Of a stretch of DNA of 64,000 nt, positions 49,970 through 59,125 are shown in pieces. Numbering within the stretch: the first letter of the stretch is position 1; each line of letters opens with the position of its first letter. The notes beneath the pieces are model-generated. The model was not told the DNA's origin and ran no database searches. It saw nothing but the letters and a program-made list of their open reading frames with translations. The stretch comes from Orbicella franksi. Taxonomy: Eukaryota. Both the position numbers and the translations under genes were made by a program. The stretch lies in contig OZ116702.1 in NCBI GenBank assembly GCA_964199315.1, forward strand, positions 21,328,001-21,392,000, given 5' to 3'.

Positions 49970-50554
49970 CTACAAAATATTACAGTTGCATTCACATGAA
50001 CAAGTAGGAGAGTCAGCGTCAGGTCTGGCTGGAGTAGAGCTAGATCTCGGGGAAGGCAATGCTCTGGTCGTAGACGGTACCGCTCTGCCTGGTAGACCGC
50101 GTGCCAGCCTTTGCAGACGACCCTCAAATACCCTCAACGGTGAAATGTAGTTGTCTTCCAGCCAGCATCTCTTAAAGAACATGATCTTAGCTACTCTCTT
50201 CCTTTCTCCTCCAATTAGAACGTTGTCTGACACAGCCAGCATGTGAGTGACTGAACTCAACTCAATGAACTTATTTCTGCTTCCCCCACAGTCTTCGCTG
50301 GGGAAGAATACTTTGCCAATCAGCTGATCTGGGCTGAGAAGTAGCACCAGTGCCAACAAGGCGTCGATTTCTGTGTCATTCAATAAATGGTAACCCATAT
50401 AGTTCCTCAGCCTGTTGAGGTTAGGATCGTCAAGCCGAATAACAATTGCCACACAGTCAAGGTAGTACATCAGTTTGGCTGTTGGACTTCCTGGCACTGT
50501 AACCTTGGTCCCCGCGTTTTTTATTCCAACTCTTTCCCCAATAAGTGCCGCCAT
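49970..50554 (-). CDS. Uncharacterised ~194-aa protein with Cys-rich C-terminus ending in a CaaX box (CNIL)
   Basis: Intact ORF. Likely start MAALIGERVG (ATG 50554), 19 nt after an acceptor ttatcttgtag|A at 50574/50573. Globular-looking core, Pro/Ser/Arg-rich linker, and C-terminal CSCECNCNIL*. Confidence 0.75.
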   Translation of the reverse strand: MAALIGERVGIKNAGTKVTVPGSPTAKLMYYLDCVAIVIRLDDPNLNRLRNYMGYHLLNDTEIDALLALVLLLSPDQLIGKVFFPSEDCGGSRNKFIELSSVTHMLAVSDNVLIGGERKRVAKIMFFKRCWLEDNYISPLRVFEGRLQRLARGLPGRAVPSTTRALPSPRSSSTPARPDADSPTCSCECNCNIL

Positions 50555-52452
50555 ATTGTGGGCTTCAGTTTGTCTACAAGATAACAGAGCTTCCATTTGA
50601 ATCTCAAACAACAGTCTCGACTTCAATTATAACGTTCTTATTGGTGCAGATATTTTTGCATTTTTTCACACCTTAATTCAATAAGAACGAAAATCGTTTC
50701 GAGTCTTCAACGGAGTTTGAACTTCCTAGTATTAAGAATGACCCAAAATTACTTAATATTTTCTTTTCGTCTTGTATCTGGATGATAGTCATTCGTTGAA
50801 GACTTACGGGTTAAAACTGATGCATGCCGGATAAAAAAAGCCAAATCAGTCGAAAGATAACGTATGAAGAAGCCTGCTGTAAAAGTCATAACACTCATAT
50901 TCCCTTCTGATCACCTGTTTTCAGTTGTCAGCTTTAAAGCTGCGTCGTTTAAAGATCTCATACGGCTTAGTGGCTTTGCGCGCGCGACATTGAATTTCTT
51001 ATTCGATTGAAAGACGAACGGAAGACGATGCACCGTTACTCTCGGCATTTTCATTGAGATCAAGGCGTGCGTCCCTCTTTTTTAGTAATTTAAGTGCATT
51101 CTCAGAGAACAAAATGATGGCCATACTCGAATGGTTTTGAATGAATTTTGCACAGTCTCTTACGACGAAAAGCGAATGGTAACGAAAGTGACTGTTGTGA
51201 GAGGTGTTTGTCATCGTCGTTTAAAATGATTGAAAGGATACTGAGTTAAGTTGATCGTCTCTTGTTAGCGTTACACCAGGGCTAGGGTCTCTCTATTTAA
51301 TGGACCCTGAGAACAGTTCCTTGAAGACCAACAGGCAGCATACTTGCATAATTTTGACAGTACATTATTTATTGGCGAACTCCAAATTATTTGACATTGC
51401 AACTGTGATTCCCGACTCTGATAGAAATGACGTCCGACCCACTACTTGTCGACGTCTACTTCGGTTTCCATAAGATCGTAAAACTAGTACAAGTCCAATG
51501 AACAAATCATAAGTGCCAACCGTTTGACTTGCAGTTTTGGCTGATTAATTAGCATGGTCATGCAAGCCTTCGCTTGAATGCAAGAACCAATCTCGCAGCC
51601 TGTTGAACCTTACCCTTACTTTTCCAGTTCTTTGCTTTTCCTTTTTAGTCCTAACTGGGTTCAAAATGTCGACTAAAGGGCTTGTAGATAGCAAATTGCT
51701 CTCATGTTATTTATGAAAGAGTGATAAAAAGAGTCCTACCTGTGACTAGTTCTGCCCTCACTGAATTTATGTTGGACGCCATTGATTAACATATGCATTA
51801 AAATGATCAGCTTAACAATTCCGTTGTTTAATGTTTTGACATCCCGGCGACAGTGCAGTGCAGCTCGTTCGTGCAAAATGATATCCTCTCCTCTGAAAGT
51901 GCTTTTCGTTAGGGACTATTAGTTTGATGGCATGAGCAGTTACTGGATAAGATAATTTGAAATGCGACTGGGGACAAGCACCAACAAGCAACTCGGAAAT
52001 GCGTTGAATGATTTCTATTTCCTTAAACTTGTATACTTAAAAATTAACAACAAAATCAGACTCCGGCAGATAGAACTATGCGTTAACTTACAAACATATG
52101 CTTCTGCAAGAGCAAGAAAAGATCTGGGAACAGAGTAAACAACAGTATTAGAATTTTCCTTATGAGCAGGCTCTTGTTGAGCGCTTCCCGAGTATTATCA
52201 AGTACATGTAAAGGAACACCTACTGTTAACAACGCTTGAAACTGCGGCGGAAATCTTGAACGTCCTGCACACTTCAGTCAGCAATACGATCAATCTGCAA
52301 GAACAACGAAGTAAACAATTGCGCAGGAGGAAAATCGAGAGGACAGACCGAATCGCCTGAGATCGAGGTTGAAGTACTGAAGTTTTTGTTCACGTGGTTT
52401 AGATTGACGTCTCAGCGTCATACAAACCGTCTAGAAAGACTGTTGTAATTAA

Positions 52453-54036
52453 GGTATCAGTAAGGGGAAAATTTGCAATTTTGCATAATTTTACTTTTTT
52501 AAGCGGTTGGATAAATCTTAAAGTAATCTTTTAGATAAAAAAAAACTCCACGAAAAAATCTTATATCTGCCGCTAGTTATTGCGCGAGAAAGATTGTTTT
52601 GCATATTAATTACTTAATTGAGAGTTGACAAGTTCTGTCAAATGAATTAATTATCGAGGCAAGAAGTCACATGACATCAAGATCATGCTGAGTTGACACG
52701 CGATTCGCGCGCCATAATCAGTGCCGGATGTCTTCGAAGAAGACAGAGCGATCTTGCCCGTTTTCATCGGCTAAAGGAAGGCCAAAGAAGGCGAAAAACA
52801 CTTTCAACAAAGAGTGGGCCGCTAAATTAGCGGAAAGCGGCAAAGGGTTCGTTTTACAATCAAGAAAAATTGCTGGATGAACGCGACAACGATCGCAATC
52901 ACAAAGCCAGCGAGCAAGCCGAAATGAGCGCAAGCGGCGCTAAAATACTGTTGCGAGAAACTGTCGAAGCAGAGGAGATTGACGAAGAGAAGTGGACGAA
53001 ATTGACAGGCAGATCGATTGTACAAAATTAGAATCAGCAGTGCAACATGTTTTTTTTCTTACCCAGCTATTGTCATTTCTTCCAGTATTTTTGCCTTTGC
53101 ATCAACATCAGTCGATGTAGTCCCGTTTACGGCGTCCTCTCCAGCGTTTCCCTTTGTGCGCTTCCATTTTCTCGGGAACCTTCTACGGGTCTTTGGCATG
53201 TTAACAGTGACATGGTCATAATTTTGAAGATTAGTCAACCGATACGTGAAATTTCGAACGTTAATATAGTAAATCAAAAGATAATTTCACGTTTACTAAC
53301 TTTGGAATTCTGACTTCACACATGAAAAAGCGGTTTATTCACTGGTGAATAATTTACCGCGCGCCGTCGCGGAAATTTGTACCTGTTCCATGTTAACTGT
53401 CATAGTCCTATTGTTATACAGAAAGTTGATTCCTCTGCGGTGTCTCCCATGGTGTGATAATCTCATAACACTTGGATGCCGCCGAATTTTATTTTTTCTC
53501 TGTTTCTCGAAAGTAAAAAATAGGCGAGTTGTACGTGCATTTCGAGTTCCAGGTCGGCAGCCCCTGGACCAAATTGGCTGAAATTTGGAGAGAATGTTGT
53601 CAGAACGAACGCCGACAAAACCGTGTCTGCGAATTCTGATTACTCTTTTCATTAAAAAGTTATGCCTTTTTTTTCGCGGGCAGTCCTATTTTTTTCCTTT
53701 TTCTAACTTTATCCTCTTGTAAAATAATAACAAACGCATGTGCCAAAAATCTGAGACACGGTTTTTGAGGTCAATGTGTGAAGAAACGGATGCCATGTTA
53801 ATTGTTTTCTCCGACCTAAATTTAGCGGACGTATACCTTGATTTATGGGTTCGTGAAGCTTTGTAAATATATTCACATTTTCGAAACACGGTAAATTTTT
53901 ACCGTTTGAAACAGGTCAGGTCATAATCTGTAGTTATTAAGCTTCCAGTAAATATACGGTTTATATGGGTTTTTGTTGAAGCCACGAACGCTAGAGCGGA
54001 CCGCGCGCGGATGGTCAAATGGGTTATACTGATACC
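52453..54036. mobile_element. Internally deleted Kolobok-type DNA transposon (1584 bp) with remnants of two convergent ORFs
   Basis: TTAA TSD at 52449-52 and 54037-40; TIR GGTATCAGTA / TACTGATACC. + ORF remnant from 52728 (MSSKKTERSC...KGRPKKAKNTFNKEW...) and - ORF remnant from 53199 (MPKTRRRFPRKWKR...AKAKILEEM). Confidence 0.75.
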
Positions 54037-54687
54037 TTAATTTGATTAGATAAGACGTGTTTGCATTGTGTGTGTATATTTGGCTAATGGGGTAACTGAT
54101 ACTATTTAAAACGATTTGCCTGCTGACAGGTACTAGGAGAGGTCCAGATCGTAAAGTCTGACTGGTAGACGGATACTTTTTTTCTGCAGTTAAGCAGTTC
54201 TTTCTCGGGAAAGGAAGTATACGCCATGCTGGAATGATTTTAATGGCTCTTGATCATCGTCTCTAACAACTGCTCTTTGAAAGGAAAATGAACAATCACC
54301 TATGCAAAGGCCAATGTTATCTATTTTTAGTGTTACATTCTGTAGTTTTGAAACGTTAAAATAATAATGTAATTGCATCAAAATTGCTTTAGAACAACTT
54401 TCCATTGAGGGTGGAAAGCAATCCACATTTGTTTTGGTTTTGCTTTGCTACGCCTTGCGATTGGTTAGCAAAATTCCCGCCACTTTCATGTCAACCAATG
54501 AGGAGCGTGGTGATCACCGCGCGTGATGTCGTGTACGTAGTACGTACTCCTATTTGCGACGAATTCTGATTGGTCGTTCTCTGCTTTCTTCTGTTGTTAT
54601 TGGTCAAGCGGAGTAATTACTTTGGTTTTGGCTCTGCGAAACAGCATGTTGCTAGCTGTTCTGATTAGTACACGAGGATACGTAAAT

Positions 54688-54758
54688 GCCGAGTCAGGAC
54701 TGGAGCTGGGACTCGAGTTAGGACTCGAGCCAGGACTCGAGCCAGGACTCGAGCCAGG
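54688..54758. repeat. 12-bp tandem repeat (GGACTCGAGCCA)n, ~6 units; related 4-unit array at 46787-46833
   Basis: Seen directly at both loci, in the same orientation. Confidence 0.8.
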
Positions 54759-54879
54759 TTTCCCGCCATTTTAACCACGTGTTTGTCACATGAACAGTGA
54801 CAGCAAGCCATTTTTTCAAGCCGTGGCCAAAGGAAAGCTTCATTTTTTTTTTATGAAAGCCTTTACCTCTATACTGATA

Positions 54880-57800
54880 ATATTGTTTTCAGTAATACCC
54901 TGACCGTTGCTGGGTTCCCTGTATTGTTCATGTATTTTTCCCGCCGTTTAGTTCCCGCGTTTAAGTCACGTGACCTTTTCCAATGTGCATGTAATGGCGA
55001 ACGTCGGCAAACGTCGGCAAACGTGATAGTTGTGTGTTTGCGATTCACTCGAAGTAAAGACGGATAAGACGAATAAGACGGATAAAGACGCGGACGACTG
55101 ATGGAATTATATACAAGCAAACAGGAGCGTCTCATTGGAGGGTTAGTCGAATTAAAGTCAGTGAACTAGAGTGAATCTTGTCTATTGAAACCGAGAGAAT
55201 TGGACATTCGCCCTTCCAGTTTCTTTGATTCGCTGAATTACACAAGGTGTTTGGAATTTGTTTGGCTTCAAATCGTCGCTCTTGGACCATCGTTTCGTTT
55301 CTGTGGTTGGTTTTTGGTACCAGCATTATTTGGCCTTCAGTTGTAGTTTCGAGTTCTTCTATTATTGGTGGCGAACGATTTCTTTGTCGAAACTGCAACT
55401 TGGAAATTGCATGATTGTTTGCGATGTCGATGTGGGATCTTAGGAGCGATGATGGCCGAACCACGGCACATGAACACGCGGAAACTCCAGATGAGAAGGC
55501 GATGCGTTGGCCTCAGGTTTATTCTACAATGTCAGGAGCCCAGGGAAAAGAGTCGGGCTATTCTACAAGGGAAAATGGAGGGATTGATGTGCGTGTTTAA
55601 GAGAAAATTTGGAATGGAGAAGGAAACTTGAAATTGGACCGGAATGTTATTGAAAGAAGACAACCAAAGCTAACCGAAAAGGGCAAAGCTTATCGGCTCA
55701 CTGAACGAAAAAGGGAAAGAAACAAGCTCAAAAGAGAAATACAGTCACGGATTGCCAACATTGGAACACTTATGGGACTTGATAAAAATTTGGAGCTAGA
55801 CAGTGAGGAATCTGTGAAATTAAATGAGTGTTTAAAGAGTTTGGTGATCTTCATGAGGAGATACAAGAACTTCTCAGTGAAGAAGAACAAATACCTGACA
55901 CTCAGGTGTATGACAACCTGCATACTGAAGTAGAGCTTATTTGTGAAACTGTCCAGAAATGGATGATTGATGATGGTCGACGCAGTAATGAGGAACGGAA
56001 GTCTACTAAATGGAGCGCAAAAACAAAGAACTCTAAAACTTCACATGCATCAAGCACTTCCTCAAGAGCAAGGGCTCTCCAAGCTAAGGCAGAACAAGCA
56101 GAGTTAGAAGCGAGGATTGCTCAACTTGGCAATGTTGAAGCTGCGAGGAAAGCAGCAGAAAGGGCAAGGCTAAGGGCAGATTTTGCTGCTGTCGCTGCTA
56201 TTAGCAAAGTCTACGAAGATGCGATTAAAGAAGATGAGGAGCAGTATTTGGGCTCTGATGACCCTGGTGAAGACCCAGAGTGCTACCATTGGCCTGCATT
56301 GCATGGACTATACCCACAGGAAACATTTGTCAAGGAAGGGCACAGCAGTCCCAGAGCACATGATGAAGAATTATTGAAGCATCCACATGCACCTGATCCA
56401 GCAGCAGGACAACGGAAAGATACCTTAAATACAAAGGCACCAGAATTTACCTTGCCAAACACTCCCTTGCAGCAAGACATTATTTATAGCAGTGGGGATA
56501 CCGTGAACCAAGCTGAAGGAGACTCTCACACCATTGCGAAGGCCAACTACGGACCTCGAGCACGGACGTCTGGGAAAAGATGGAGCTCAGAATGATGCAG
56601 CCACCACCTGCACCCACTCCATTTGTTGGTGATCCATCCTGGTACCTGCGGTTTAGAGCTAATTTCAAAGATGAAGTAGAGAATAGAGCTTCACTAACTG
56701 ATAGTGAGAAAATGAACTATTTAATGACTTACACAACTAGGAAAGCGAGGGAAGTTATTGAGAACTACCAAGGCCTACCAAATGGTTGTCACCTGGCTCT
56801 ACGGGTGCTGAAGCAGAGGTTTGGACTAAATGCTATGATTGTTGAGGCACTCAAATCTTCTGTTATTAGTGGTCCCAAAATAAGAAATGGTAACAGTGCG
56901 GCTCTTCTAACTCTTTCCGACAAACTTCAGGACTGTTGCTGGCAATGATCGAATTGCAGTCAAATGAGCTTGATTGTACTACGAACATGCGATAAATTTT
57001 TGACCATCTACCGGACCCCTTGCAGGCTAAATAGAGAAAGTCAGCTAAGTTGTACCATGAAAGGACAGGTGGCAAGGAGCCAACACTGAAAGAGCTTTCT
57101 GCATTCATTACTGGAGAGTCCCAAACCGAGAATAACCCGGTGTATAGAAAATCAAGCACCCCGACGGCAAGAGTTGGCAGTTGTAACAGATCCAAGAAAC
57201 AACTCTTCATGTTGAAACCAGCAAGTGGGAAACCATTTATCACCATGACAACAGAGGTTGCTAAAACACATGCTAGTATTAATTAAGGGCCGGGAGAGGT
57301 CTTACCAGCGGAAGACGATCAAGTGGTTGGAAGTGGCCGGAGCCAAGGTGAAGCTTGTAAGGTTTGCAAGGGAAAGCATAGAATTTCGAGGTGTTTAGTC
57401 TTTCCGACAAAGAGTTTACGTCGGCGGCGTAATGCACTGTGTTACCGTTGTCTATCTACTTCTCATGTGAGGAAGAGGTGCCCCGAAAAGAACGGTTATA
57501 TATGGAAAAGGACTTTGCTCACCCCTTAAGTCACCATTCACTGTTACGTGCACCTGGGCTGACAATGCGTGAAGTCATGGAAACTGACAGGAATGTTGAT
57601 CAGAGTATTCCTGCAAGGACTGACCTGACTGTATACAATGCAACTAAGGAGAATTCGAAGCGAAGTTTTGTGCTGCTGGAAGTAGTACCTCTGTCTGTTG
57701 TTGCTGACAATGGAGCCATTGTTACCACTTATGGTCTGCTAGACACAGCTGCCGTTAGTTCCATGATCACGTCACAACTTACAGAAAAACTGAAGCTTCG

Positions 57801-59125
57801 AGGTACTCCCGAGAAAGTACTCATCAATACTGTGACTCGGAAGAATCATGACTGTGAATTAGCCAAAGTTAGCTTCCTGGTCCGCCCAGCTGATCAAGAT
57901 GGACCCTGTTTCCCAGTCCATCATGCTTTGACAGTAGAGAGTTTCAATGTGTCAGACCGGTACTGCCCAGATAAGCTGGATCTGTCAGATGGTCCCACCT
58001 TAAGGAATTGGAGTTTCCGAATGTTCCAGGGGACTTGAACGACGTCTCAGTCCTCATTGGTCAGTATTGCTCCAGTGATTTGGTTAAACGTCGGTTCACA
58101 AACTGCTGTTTATTAAAATTCTTTAAAACTCTATAAACACCGTGAGAACTAAAATAAAAGATACAAATAAACTACACATTAGCTTGCGAAAATAACAGGA
58201 TATAAATACATTTAAAATGCTTCGAAAGTTACAAAAGTGAAAGGAGAGAACTTAAGATCGATTTACAGCAACGGTAAAACGATATTGTATACAACTTGAC
58301 TTTATCTGAAACCTTAAGACTCAAATTTACAATTCACAAGCGATGAAACTGAACTAAACGACTAAAGATACAAACCGCTTACATAAACAAACTAAAATAG
58401 CGTAAAAAATAATTACCTTGGTGCTGCCTTGATCACCAGAACAATGATAAACTTGGAGAAACTTGTTAACTTGCAGTGAATTAACAGATCTTGTGTCAAC
58501 TGATCTTGCTAACGAAAAAACTACTCTTTTATAACGCTAGTTGGGTGTCGCGGCACTACGCGTAAGCTTTCGCGACACCACAGAACTTACTAGAAAGACC
58601 TAGGGAAAAGGGTAGCGTACACGCGAAACAAATACGCATGAAAAAGCCTTAAATAACTGAATACACGTTCAAATAAACTTCCAATGACTTAAAAATAGTA
58701 CTCTTAAGGCTACAAAGTATAGTAATTGAGCGTAAAACAGCTTAAATTAGAAACCCTTTGAAAACTTGCGCAATGTTGCGCGTGCAAATTTGTTGCAGAG
58801 GCGCGCGCCACTTCAAGTGTCGTACATCGCGCGCGCACGACTTAACTGTTGCAGCTACGGTCAGGACGTGCCACAGGCTCACATAGTGCTACATTACTGC
58901 TGGGGAGACAATCCTCAGTCTGAGCCGTATGCATCGAAGACCCCATTTGGATGGTGTGTAGCTGAGCCAACAGACAGAAAGGAAGATGAGAGCAAGCCAG
59001 TTGCACTTTCTGCTTTTGAATTTGACTGGGCTGAGGATGAGTCAACCATGTAACTCCCGAGCAAGTAGAGAAGTTTTGGGCTTCTCAGTCGTACAGATTT
59101 GGAAATGATGGTGACAGTGCCAACA
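54880..59125 (+). mobile_element. Decayed BEL/Pao LTR retrotransposon (possible 5' LTR ~54880-55325, gag, Zn knuckles, aspartic protease), truncated before RT
   Basis: SSTSSRARALQAKAE gag motif; PTPFVGDPSWYLRFRANF...KQRFG (DUF1759-like); CKVCKGKH...C and CYRCLSTSHVRKRC knuckles; YGLLDTAA protease; GQDVPQAHIV...PYASKTPFGWCV. Many stops and frameshifts. LTR limits are uncertain. Confidence 0.85.
58065..58859 (-). mobile_element. Solo LTR (~795 bp) nested in the BEL/Pao element
   Basis: 5-bp TSD GTCAG at 58060-64 and 58860-64 splits the codons of IGQDVPQ. Termini tattgc / gctacg look like mutated TG...CA. AATAAA on the - strand ~50 bp from its 3' end. Confidence 0.75.

Noticed and set aside
53059-53199. 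First exon of a host gene (MPKTRRR...IAG|GTAAGA; Borealin-like impression)
   Set aside because: It lies inside the TTAA-flanked Kolobok element and no downstream host exon was found. It is better explained as a transposon ORF remnant.
54688-54758. CRISPR-like array (also considered for 18360-18425, 29289-29640 and 43444-43494)
   Set aside because: These are head-to-tail repeats without unique spacers, in a eukaryotic context with no cas genes.
55132-55631. Several 60-110-aa ORFs on both strands
   Set aside because: They lie in the BEL LTR/leader region and show no recognisable motifs.
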